A DNA stretch of 63,058 bases, filler included, from Octopus bimaculoides (Eukaryota): the NCBI RefSeq assembly GCF_001194135.2. It is 4 parts of 3 records of this genome, joined end to end, with 100 filler letters (N's around TTAATTAATTAA, not from the genome) between each part and the next. Parts side by side here need not be neighbours in the genome. Positions count along the whole stretch, not along the records: positions 1 to 30,212 come from NC_068981.1; 3 more parts are not named here. One strand, 5' to 3'. The position numbers and the translations under genes are program-made. The notes below the pieces were generated by a model, which ran no database searches, had not been told where the DNA came from, and saw only the letters and a list, made by a program, of their open reading frames with translations. Below are positions 11,651 through 22,949 of the stretch, one piece after another; the stretch's first letter is position 1; the number at the start of each line of letters is the position of its first letter.

Positions 11651-14600
11651 GAAGAATGACAGCCTTCACATCACACTTCACTGAGTTAGAACTGCAAAAT
11701 CGCTGCGATTAGTTGTCACACTATGGCTCTACCCGCACACAACCCAGCGGCGAACATATCCACGGTCAACATGGTATTCCAGGCTGCGATTACGCTGAGA
11801 ATTCCACCATTTTGGACGCGCGATCTTGTATTGTAGTTTCACCATATCGAGGCCCAGTTTCCTTCCAACCGAATAATTAGCGATGCGTCTCGCCTAACGC
11901 GCGTGATCGGTTCTCTATCGCCAGAGATCATGAACGTGGTCCGAGATCTCATTATGGTACCACCCGATTCTGTGTCATACGACACATTCAAAACCACCCT
12001 CATCAACGGGACTTCAGAGTCCCAACAAAAGCGACTCCACCAGCTCCTTACATCGGAAGAATTACGGGATAGAACGCCTTCCCAGCTTCTACGAAGAATG
12101 AAGTAGCTTCTTGAAGATGAAATCCTTCCCGAAAAGATTTTTAAGCACCTTTTTCTCCAGCGTCTGCCCTCCAACACGCAGGTGGTCCTCACTTCCACAC
12201 GAGAATCCACTTCCATTGAGGAACTGGCGGAGCTAGCAGACAAAATCGCCTAGGTACCAGGCCCTGACAACACAGATACAAGCCCTATCGCTTGGTACCC
12301 CGAGTCGAAGTAACAGCCGATTGCGTCGATTTGGCAGACAGTCCCGAAGCCCTAGTACTTCCCGTAATTCATAGGAAACTTGTTGATACCACCGAAAATT
12401 TGGAATACGGGCGCAGAAATGCACGATTCCATGCTTGTTTTCAGCATCCAGTTCAGGAAACGACACAGCCAGGAATTGAACGCGACGAAAGTTCCTGGCT
12501 CTCACTCACAAAGTCGCCTGTTTTTCTTCTGCAATCGTGTAGCAGGTACGCGTTTCCTTGTTGACACCGGGGCAGAAATCAGCACAATCCCTGTTTCCTG
12601 CACTTCAGGCAAAAGGAAAGAGACACCAGTCTGTCTTCAGGCAGTCAACAACTCACCACTTCCCTAACACTGAACTTAGAGCTACGCTGCACCTTCCAGT
12701 GGGTATTCGTCATCGCTAAACTGCCGACCCCTATCTTAGGAGCCGATTTCCTTCATCATTTCAGTCTCCTGGTAGATATCAAGCACAGAAGACTTGTCGA
12801 CAGAACCACTCAGCTTATTGTGCGCGGTATAACCGCTCATATGGCTACAGTCAGCCCAACCATTTTGCAAACAACGACAACCCGTCACAGTGCTATCCTT
12901 AAAGACTACCCGGACGTCGCTTGACCAGTATTCCATAGTTAACCTATCAAACATGAATTCACCCACCACATCAAGACCAGCATCAAGACCCTGTTACTGC
13001 ACGACCCCGAAGGCTACCACCACATCGTCCCAAGGCCTTCAGACGAGAATTCCAGCTCGACCTCGGAATCATCCGCCCGTCCAGCAGTAACTGGTCCTTG
13101 CCAATACACTGCGTTCTAAGAAGTCATCAACCGATTGGCGAGTTTGCAATCACCGATCACTAAATAACTGCACTGTACCTGATGCATATCCTGTCTCACT
13201 TCTACAGAACTTTTCTAGCTCGCTGCATGGAGCTCGCATCTTTTCAAAGTTTGACCTTGTGCGAGCTTACAATCAAATCCCTGTGGAACTTGCGGATATT
13301 CCGAAGACAGCAGTCACGACACCCTTCGGAATGTTTGAATTCCTGCGTATACCTTTCGGTTTATGCAACGCAGCACAGACGTTCTAACGTTTTCTAGACA
13401 CAGTTACCAGAGGTTTGCCTTTCGTCTATGCATACATAGACGACGTACTTGTGGCCAATAGCTCAGACGAAGAGCATGATTAACACCTGCACCTGCTATT
13501 ACAATGCCTGCGCAAATACGGTATTGTTATCAAACACAGCAAGTGTTCGTTCGGAGTTGCGCCCCGTCATTTTCTCGGGCATATCGCCGATAAGGATGGC
13601 ATTCACCCACTTCTCGAGAAAGTCAAAGCCATCATGGATTTCCCACCACCCACATCTCTCCGCAAATTGCAGGAATTTCTTGGCTTGGTGAATTTCTACT
13701 GGAGATTTTTACCCCACTGTGCAGAGACAGCCCAACCGCTCGCAGATTTGCTACGACAGCGAACAAACAAAAATAAAAACATTGCCCTGAGTGAAGAACA
13801 ACTTGCCTCTTTCGCTGCATTAAAAAAAGCGTTATCCAACGCTACCATGCTGGTGTATCCCAAACCAGACGTCCCACTGCGTGTACTAGTTGATGCATCC
13901 AATTCCGGTGTTGGAGTTGTGCTCCAAAAACTCACTGACGGTATAGTACGTTCAGTTGAGAATTACTGGCAGTGTATTTCGCTGTCAAGCATTTTCGATA
14001 CATGCGTTTTCTCCATTGATACCGACCATAAACCTCTCGTTTATGCCTTCAACGCGAAGCCCGATCGTCATTCACCCAGGGAAGTTCGACATCTAGACTT
14101 CATATCACAGTACTCACCTGCTCACCTGTGTTGATTTTCTCGCTAGCCGAAAGCTTTTCCCCTATCGGACACTTCTGCGGAAACTGTCGTCAAAATGCTA
14201 GTGTTTCAGTGTGTTTCACGTTTTGGCACCCGCGACGATCATCACCTACAAAGGACGTCAGTTCGATTCTCACCTTTTCCCCGAGCTGACTCATCTCTTC
14301 GGGTGTAAACACACCAGCACAACAGTTTACCACCCTGCAGCAAATGGCACGGTCGAAAGCTTTCACCGCCAACTCAAGGCGGCTATAAAAGCATATCCAG
14401 ACGGCTCCAACTGGTTGGAATATCTTCCACTCATCCTCCTTGGTATTCGATCCACGGGCATACTCCGGCTGAACTGGTCTATGGCACGGCACTCGCCTTA
14501 CCTGGGCAAATGATTGACCCTGTTTCACCACAAGACTTTCCGGACCCAGCAAAATATGTTCACCGCTTACGGACATCTATGTCGCATTTGTCCCCTGCAG

Positions 14601-15651
14601 ATCCCAGATAACAGGACGTCGCTTCAAATGTCCCAAAGGACATGAATACTGGACGCATGTTTTCGTTAGAAATGATGGAATACCTTCTCAACTTCGGCCT
14701 CCATATTCCGGGCCCTACAAATTAATCCAAAGATAGCCAAAGTATTTCGTTCTCGATCTTGGAGGAAAACAAAATACTGTCTCTGTTGATCGCCTAAAAA
14801 AAGCATTTGTTGAAGAGGACTTACTTTCGGTTCCCGCTGTTCCTCAAACTGACTCAACAACTTCAGCTTCACCCATCGCAAACACCTCAGATTCTGCACA
14901 ACCCCGGCACACCAAATCGGGAAGAACAGTTCGATGGCCCGCAAGATTTGTTCAAGTCTATCGAGTAAGTACAAACTTTTCACCTACCCGTCTTCTCAAT
15001 TGCAACGTCCACAATGCCCACATCACCTAATAAAAACAAATTGTTTTTCTTATGGTTATGAACAATTGCCACATATATAACCCAAGTGACTCTGCATCAC
15101 TCGCATACAAACCAAACCAAAACAAAACAAAGAACATTTTGTATTAAAAATTGTTTTCCTATATCTGCGAAAAACATTTTTTTATGAACATTGTTCTGCT
15201 AATTGAACTGACGAACTTTTTGCATGAATATTTTCATTTTTCTGTAAAATTACATTTTCTTGCATGCACATATGTTTTGCTTTGTTTTTAAAATGTTTTG
15301 CTCTCTACATCATACCTGTATGCTTACACACACTTGCGATACTCATATTTTCATTGGTGCTATCACTTGCTCTCCGCGCCACTGAAAGACAACTTATCTC
15401 TATTAGACCTCTAGTGGGTCGCGTAATCAATAGAGTTGCATATCTCTTTCAACGCGCCAGAACAAAAAACAATCGATGAGTGAAAAAATCGATAAACCGA
15501 TTCCTTATGGTATTTCCCAATCAAATTGTCTGCAACCCATTTTCAGCCAAACGTTTACCATTTTCAACGAATTTTGCTCAAATTTGACGTCGGTGTTACT
15601 TAGTTTGGTTTGAAACAAAACGCTTGATTAGCTTAATAATCCTAACTTAAT

Positions 15652-15680
15652 CCCGGGCAACGCCGGGCTATACTGCTAGT
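15652..15680 (+). mobile_element. Helitron 3' terminus; 5' end not located
   Basis: GC-rich hairpin CCCGG-GCAACG-CCGGG (15652-15667), an 8-nt spacer, CTAG (15676-15679), then host T. Confidence 0.75.
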
Positions 15681-16012
15681 AAACTAATTTGCCTAAGAGT
15701 AATTTGTTAGTAAACATGTTGCTATAGCGATACAGGAAGCTATTAACTGCAATGTTACTTCCGCTCAGCATTCATTACAGAAATCATGGTGGAAGTGGAA
15801 GGCGAAACACTACAACCAATCTACTTGTTTTGAGTTTTGATTGAACACAATACTTTAAACACTTGTCAAACCTGACGAGTAACTTGTTATCTTCCTGTAA
15901 GAGAAAAAAAAAAAAAGAAGGAAAAAATATATATAGTCTTTCAAAGCAATAATTCTTGTTCGGCATAATTTTCACTTTCGCCGTTGCCAAAACCACCACC
16001 ACCACCACCATT

Positions 16013-16023
<11 letters not shown>

Positions 16024-16081
<58 letters not shown>
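16024..16081. repeat. (GAT)n(CAT)n self-complementary microsatellite palindrome within a compound (ACC)n(ATG)n(ATC)n tract
   Basis: Direct reading; centre GATC at 16051-16054. Confidence 0.9.
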
Positions 16082-16082
<1 letters not shown>

Positions 16083-16280
16083 CAATTGTTTTGATAATTA
16101 CCATCACCTTCATTACAATAATTATCACAACCACCATTACTATTTACACCACTAAAATCATTTCATCACTTATCCCGAACTCGAGCTATTAGAAGTAACA
16201 AAATCTCCCCATAACAAACACTCTATTGTCTTTGGAAAGAAAGGGCACATTTGTTAATATATTCCTAGACATATTTCTCG

Positions 16281-16531
16281 GTGCCACTTTAGAGGGCAGT
16301 CTACCTGGCTATTTATGCTTTAGCGTGCAGTCTAGCTCTAACCCTAACTCTGACCCTAACCCTAAATTCAAACCCTAATCCTTAATCCTAATCCTAAATC
16401 CAAATCCTAACTCTAACCCTAACCCTAACTCTCGCCCTATTCCTTAACCCTAACCGGAACCCTAATCCTAATTCTAACCCTAACCCAAATCAGGTCATTA
16501 TATTGCGGTACAGCGTCTTCTAAATTAGCAC
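16281..16531. repeat. Degenerate telomere-like (CCCTAA)n tract flanked by weak inverted repeats
   Basis: About 25 variant hexamers (CCCTAA/TCCTAA/CTCTAA) at about 16337-16490. Flanks GTGCCACTTTAGAGGGCAGTCTACC and the reverse complement GTGCTAATTTAGAAGACGCTGTACC match at 18/25. Confidence 0.7.
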
Positions 16532-17524
16532 TTACTTCTGTAAAGGCGGATGGTCACGGCTGGAAGGACTTCGATCATAGGTCTTCCCAATGAAAACTGA
16601 CCTGCAACTAAATAACAACAGTAGCAGCAACAACAACAACACTCCTTCACATCATAAAATCTTGATAATCACTACCCCCCACTTCATCACTGTCACAAGC
16701 ACAACTGCCTTTATTAACAATACACACTACCATCAAAGGTAAACATGAGTCCTACCCACCCAAGAACTAACCTTACAACCTCTATTCTATTTTAATTTCC
16801 TCAACCCTCTAATTTACCCATCACTCTTAACTACCGGCTGCACAGACTACGGATATTTGCGCGGGAGATAAGCAGCTAAAAGATAAATAAATAAAGATAT
16901 TTACTTGTTTGTCATGGCGACGACAGTCATATTTGTGTGTGTGTATGTGCGCGCGCGCGCAGGTGTGTACGTGCGTGTGCGTGTGTGTGTAGGTGCGTGT
17001 AAGGAGGTGTTTCTTTCCTGCTAGGTAGTTGCACTTATCTCGTGACTCAACAGCTAGGTCATAAAAGGTGGACATTAAAGGGGAAAGAAATGAAAGAAAT
17101 AAAGCTATATAACTCAGAGTTATTTTCTCTCACTCCACCCACCAGTTATTGTTGTATAACTTCTATTATTTTATTCTTCCTAACCCGACCTTTGAAAATC
17201 TTCACAAATGAAGTTTAGCCTATCGTTGTTAAAGCATATATGAGAGCGGGGTTACGCGCACACGCGTGTATAATGTACTATACAATATTTTTGTATGTAT
17301 CTACGAAGATATGCACCTATGAACATGTGGTATATACATGTGTATGTGTGTGTGTGCGTGTGTGTGTGTGCGTGGGTGCGTGCGTGCGTGCGTGTATGTA
17401 TGTATGTATGTATGTATTATACATATGGTGTGTTGTGAATTTATGGAAATAAATACCGTACAACTCAACAATTTTGTTAAAAATGGAGAAGAGAAGATGT
17501 TAAAATATATAGAATTTTAATTCA

Positions 17525-17617
17525 TGCAGACGATCGTTTCGTCCAGCGATATTAAAATCATGGTTGAATAGAATTAATTAAATTAAATTAATTATATATC
17601 ACTGTACTCTTTAGTGT
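17525..17617 (-). ncRNA. Type I hammerhead ribozyme-like relic 1 (core mutated)
   Basis: Minus strand: ACA-CTAAAGA-GTACAGTGATAT...ATATCGCTGGAC-GAAA-CGATCG-TC-TGCA. Stem II has 11/12 pairs, stem III is palindromic (ACGATCGT), the triplet is GUC, and core G5 is changed to A. Confidence 0.55.
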
Positions 17618-17801
17618 AAGAAGTATAAATAAAACTTTTACAAAGGACTTGAGAAAGGAAATAGCAGAATAGGATCTAAGAGATCCATATTTATTCTTAT
17701 GAGAAGAAAAAAGATGTGAGTCCAGTTAGGTATTAACTAAAACTAAAGGCTGTAACGGTTATCTGAAAATATATGTAAAAGAGGTTTTCAGAGACTTTCC
17801 C

Positions 17802-17806
<5 letters not shown>

Positions 17807-17880
<74 letters not shown>
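17807..17880. repeat. (AC)n microsatellite
   Basis: Direct reading; one example of dozens of CA/TA/TG tracts. Confidence 0.98.
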
Positions 17881-17883
<3 letters not shown>

Positions 17884-18309
17884 AATTAAAAAAATATAAA
17901 AAAGGTTTTTGTATGATCGTGTATAGAGGAATATATTATTTAAAAGAGTTCCAACTCTGTTTTTTATGTTTTATTTATATTCTTATAAAATTAATGTGGG
18001 ATATAGAATATGGAATATATAATATAAATAGTAAAATGAAATGAAGTATTGAATGTCTTATTGAATCTATGAAATATTGAGTATTAAATATAGAGTATTA
18101 AATATATAAGGACTAGTATACTTTCCTGCCTCATGGCATTCATCAAGGTCCCGTCTTTTTTTATTTTCTAAAAATCTTTTTTACTTGTTTCAGTCATTGG
18201 ACTGCAACCATGATGGGACATCGGCTGAAAGAATTTTTAGTCGCAGAAAAATCAGCATTTTAAAATATATATTTAAAGTCTTTTGCTTTCTTCTTTCAGC
18301 ACTTACAGA

Positions 18310-20310
18310 TTAATGAGAAGAAGCTGATCTTTTGAACTTTCACCGGCCGTTGATGGTCTAACAGAATTATGGCGCCGAAGGCTAGTCATTCAAACGTACT
18401 TCTTATCGTTTTTAGGATTCTACACATTTCTTGAATGCTTTTCCTTTTGTTAGAATTCAGATAATATGTACATTGAGTAGTAAAGTCTACTCTATGTACA
18501 AATAACCATGGGGCTTTTGTCCGAAGAACTTTTGTCTGAAGGGTTTTTGGCCGGATCCATATATATATGTGTGTGTATGTGTGGATGGATGGATGGCTGT
18601 GTGTGTATATACACACACACACACATATTTCTATTCTGCCTGTTTGTATTTTGCGATGCATTTCCTTCACTTGGGAGCAATCTTTATGTTCAATTTTTTG
18701 TGTTGTGTCTTAAATTTACTATTCTTTCACACTCTTCTGACACTTGTTGTAAGGCTACAGGGATCCTTCTGATTTGACGGGCAACACTTTTCATTAATGT
18801 TTTATGTAGTGTTTTTGGTACCGAAAGACTTTCAAACTTCGTATACTTGTATATTTTGTGTTATAGAACAGATAAAAAAATTTGTATTCGAAGTTATTTC
18901 ATGTAAAACATTGTCGTATTTCGGTAATTTCAACCAATCACTGACGTCTATTGAGGTGGAAACAATNNNNNNNNNNNNNNNNNNNNNNNNNNNNNNNNNN
19001 NNNNNNNNNNNNNNNNNNNNNNNNNNNNNNNNNNNNNNNNNNNNNNNNNNNNNNNNNNNNNNNNNNNNNNNNNNNNNNNNNNNNNNNNNNNNNNNNNNNN
19101 NNNNNNNNNNNNNNNNNNNNNNNNNNNNNNNNNNNNNNNNNNNNNNNNNNNNNNNNNNNNNNNNNNNNNNNNNNNNNNNNNNNNNNNNNNNNNNNNNNNN
19201 NNNNNNNNNNNNNNNNNNNNNNNNNNNNNNNNNNNNNNNNNNNNNNNNNNNNNNNNNNNNNNNNNNNNNNNNNNNNNNNNNNNNNNNNNNNNNNNNNNNN
19301 NNNNNNNNNNNCTAACCCTAACCCCAACCCTAACCCTAAAACCCTAACCCTAACTCTAAAACCCGAACCCTAATCCTAAAACCCTAATCCTAAAACCCTA
19401 AACCCTTACTAAGGAATAATGATATAATTAAACAGGGAATAACACTCTTGACACCGGCAAAAATTATTGTTTATAAAAAGATCAGTAACTGTATTCAGCT
19501 GAATAGACGTCAGTGATTGGTTGAAATTACAGAAATACGACAATTTTAACATGAAATAATTTGCAATATATAAATTTTTGTTAAGAAAGCTAAGAGAAAA
19601 AGATGTTTTATATAACACATTCTACCAGTATCACAAGTTTGAAAGTGTTTCATTAAGAAAACAAGTGTTGCCCGTCAAATCAGAAAGATCCGGCTACAGT
19701 TTGGTTTTGTTCCAGCTTAGCTCAAATTCTTGTTCTTACTTCAGCGTCTTTTTCTGCAGTTAGTCCCTGAGTTAATATCAGGCATTTGGACATGTCTGGC
19801 GTTAACTCGTCCAATTTGAACTTTTCACATTCTCTGTTACCTTTACCAGCATATGTAATGTAGTCCTCCTTGTTGTCCTTTTCTAGGTTCAGACATTTCC
19901 AGCGTGTATTGAACAACGAGCTTTTCTCGCTAAAAATTTTACACGATATGTCTATTGTAATTTTAAAGTTTATGTCAGGAAGTTTTTTCGGGAGTATGTA
20001 ATTGCTGTAACGCTCATGTTCGCTTGCTGGCAGTTTTCTTAGGATTAGACGTGTTTTCATATCGTCGTACCAATCTTTGCATTCTTTATCCAAGATCTGT
20101 TCGTATCTTCTACAGTACGCCTCGAAGGTAACTCCTTCGTCTTGTTCATACTTAAATTCCGTTATTGAGTTTGCAACATAATCTAACGAGAACATTTTTT
20201 TCAGCATTTTAGTAATTGTTGTCGTTATTGTACTTTCAGTTGTTGTTGTTGTTGTTGTTGTTGCTGTTTTTACAACTCGAGCAAACCGGCCAACAAATCT
20301 TCCATAATTT
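18310..20310 (-). mobile_element. Gypsy gag remnant (Mag / K02A2.6-like), split by MITE copy 2
   Basis: ORF 19722-20207 (VTFEAYCRRYE...RLILRKL...EHERYSNYILP...SLFNTRWKCLNL) continues as KLEQNQTVA|LQQVSEECERIVNLRHNT across the MITE; a degenerate knuckle region follows at about 18400-18510. Confidence 0.85.
18761..19691. mobile_element. Telomere-core MITE, copy 2 (contains an N-gap)
   Basis: TSD GGCTACAG at 18753-18760 and 19692-19699. TIR GGATCCTTCTGATTTGACGGGCAACACTT pairs with AAGTGTTGCCCGTCAAATCAGAAAGATCC. CCCTAA-like tract at 19312-19407. Confidence 0.9.
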
Positions 20311-20855
20311 TACGATTTTGTATGTTAAAATCCGCACAAAAAGCTTCCGTGAGTTTCGTAACTCCTTGTGAGTTTGTGTAAACCTCATGAGTTTGTTAAT
20401 TCCTCTTGAGTTTGTTAATTACTCGTGAGCTTGTTAATTCCTTGTTGCTACTGTTGTAAACCTCTGTTGGACTGTTATAACTTCCACTCCAATATAGCAG
20501 TATTGTTAGTATAGTCAGTATAGTTAGGCACGACTATCTATCTCTGACTGACTACTCGACTTACACTCTCTCGACTTCCTACGTCACAGTATTTGTAACG
20601 ACTAGCACATATCACTCGTCACGTGTGAGGGTGTTCCATCATTATCATTATCCCCATGACAATAACCAAACCAACAGGATTTATGAATATATATATAACA
20701 TACAGAAAATATATAACATACAGAAAATACTGCACACATCCTACATAAAGCACTTTCAATACTGTAAATACATCACAACAAACCACAGCACATACCCAAA
20801 GCACACAGTGCTGCTCTTGGTAGTAAAGTGAAAGCACGCGATAAAAATAAGACTA

Positions 20856-20858
<3 letters not shown>

Positions 20859-20908
<50 letters not shown>

Positions 20909-20933
20909 GGATGATGATGATGATGATGATGAC

Positions 20934-20966
<33 letters not shown>
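20859..20966. repeat. (AAT)n and (GAT)n microsatellites
   Basis: Direct reading. Confidence 0.95.
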
Positions 20967-20967
<1 letters not shown>

Positions 20968-21080
20968 CAGTTGTGAAAAACAGCTCGTCGATGAACGTCA
21001 TATTTTACTACTACTACTGCCAAGCCTAATTCAAACTAATAACGGAAGAAAATTCCTTTTCCAACAATATCATATTTATA

Positions 21081-21170
21081 CACCCTGAAGAGATTGTACT
21101 AATAATGCATAAATTGGTGTATATAAATATGCAACAGTATGCAATTAGTGTGATCGAAACACGTGTCAAA
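21081..21170 (+). ncRNA. Type I hammerhead ribozyme-like relic 2
   Basis: CTGAAGA (21085-21091); 12-bp stem II GATTGTACTAAT / ATTAGTGTGATC; GAAA (21156-21159); palindromic stem III ACACGTGT; GUC triplet ending at 21167. Stem I is not paired. Confidence 0.5.
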
Positions 21171-21639
21171 CAATTATTATGAATAAACCAACAGTAAATA
21201 TACATAAAGTCCTATGTATTTGTATGTATGTTCATATTTATGTGGATGTATTTGTAGGTATATATGAATACATATGCATGGACATGAGTGCGCACTTGTG
21301 TATTTCTATATGTATGTATGCCCGTATGATGTATGTTTGCATATGTATGCCTTTGTACATAGGCCTGTGTATGTATGCCTGTGTATGTATGACTGTGTAC
21401 CTTCGCCTGTGTACGTATGCCTGTGTAATCATATATGTATAAGTATGCGAGCACAAATATAAGCAACATCCAGATATATGTAGGTACATACGTAAATATG
21501 TGCACGTGCAGATATGTATATGTGTGTATATATAGAAAGAAGGGGTGTATTTCCACGCAGGAAAAAATATAGAATTTGTTTTTGAATATATGTGTGTGTA
21601 CAAAATGCGAATAAGTAACAAAGATGTCCAAGTATCAAT

Positions 21640-21716
21640 GCATTACAGCTGTTTCAAGTGGCTCCATTTAATGAAAACATTACATCAATTTGAAAGAAAC
21701 CACTTTCGTCAGTGTA
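21640..21716 (-). ncRNA. Type I hammerhead ribozyme-like relic 3
   Basis: Minus strand: ACA-CTGACGA-AAGTGGTTTC...GGAGCCACTT-GAAA-CAGCTG-TA-ATGCA. Stem II is 10 bp, stem III is palindromic (ACAGCTGT), the triplet is GUA, and stem I is out of register by 1 nt. Confidence 0.55.
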
Positions 21717-22359
21717 GATGACCATATAGATTTCCAACATAAAGGAAAAATCGTTTTTAGCAAATTTATATCAGTACTAGAAACCAAAATAATTACATTG
21801 TTTCGTTATGTGATATTTGTGGCAGAAAGAATTTAGAGAATAACGCATATCTTATTAAGCTTACTATAATTTAGAGAGTAGCATAGGAAAACAGTATGGG
21901 GGGGGGAGGGTCAAGATATAGGAGTGGTGAGATAGTTATTTATATTTATTTTATTTATAAGATTTTTTTTGCAGCATATAGTCTACAACCATTTAGAATT
22001 AAATCTATTGGGAGTTGTTAGATATGTTCCAGTTGATAGTGATAAATCAATTAATGTCAGACAACAGTAAAGAAAATAGAAATGTGAAGAAGAAGAAGAA
22101 GAAGAATAGTTCATCTAATCGAGCATATAGATCTACTAGAATTGCCCATAACATTCCTATTAAAATAAAGAATAAGATGTATAAGAATAATAAAATAGAA
22201 TCTAAAGACAGTAAAATGTCTAGCATGTATGATAATAGCAAGGATAAGAATTAGATGAATAGAGCCTAGTCTAATAACATAAATACCGATAATGAGACTG
22301 TAATTCATAATCAAACAGTAGGTTCGAGAAGTAGTAGAGGGACCGATAGAATCCACTTT

Positions 22360-22610
22360 CATAAACATAGGAATACTAAGAATAATGTAGTCTGGTATAA
22401 CATTCTTTCAATTGCACAATCTCTACTAATATATATAAAAAAATTTATGGCGATTTTGGAAGAAAACCTCCCAGCTTCACATAAATATAGCAAAATCCTC
22501 TCCTCTAGAAGAATCAGAATCTCATATTCCATCCTTCCAAATAAAGGTACGATTATAGCCTGCTTGAACAGAAGAAATATAAACTTCGCCCGCGAGATTG
22601 ATAATAATAA
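22360..22610 (+). mobile_element. Penelope-like element fragment (region between RT thumb and GIY-YIG)
   Basis: KNNVVWYNI.FNCTISTNIYKKFMAILEENLPASHKYSKILSSRRIRISYSILPNKGTII (one frameshift) resembles the IWFNPP...HKLxKIFN...KISYSCxPN block of PLEs. Confidence 0.65.
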
Positions 22611-22813
22611 TAATAATGTTCATAGTGTTTTAACCCCTAATAAGGATTCTAATTAAAGAAGATATGCAAGAATCCAAAACAATAAAACTAATATAAATAG
22701 AGATAATGGTACATATAATAACTCGAGTATTATTGACATAACACTTGATAATACTGCAACGAATTTGAGTGATGTCTCTAATGACGACACTATAAATGTT
22801 AATGATAGAAGTA

Positions 22814-22856
<43 letters not shown>

Positions 22857-22949
22857 TAATAATAATAATAATACTGATGTTACTCCTCCAGAAAGTAAAG
22901 AAACAATAAGAAGGGTGCGACTCTTATCAAATGAACAATATTTCAACAC

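Larger units (their letters stand above)
11473..14990 (+). mobile_element. Ty3/Gypsy LTR retrotransposon, CsRn1/Kabuki-type; decayed, internally deleted, no 3' LTR found
   Basis: Gag LRIPPFWTRD...KRLHQLLTSEELRDRTPSQLLRRMK; CHCC knuckle C*YHRKFGIRAQKCTIPC; protease FLVDTGAEIS; [32 protein letters not shown]; RNase H VLVDASNSGVGVVL, DTDHKPL; integrase YHPAANGTVESFHRQLK, GIRST. Confidence 0.93.
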
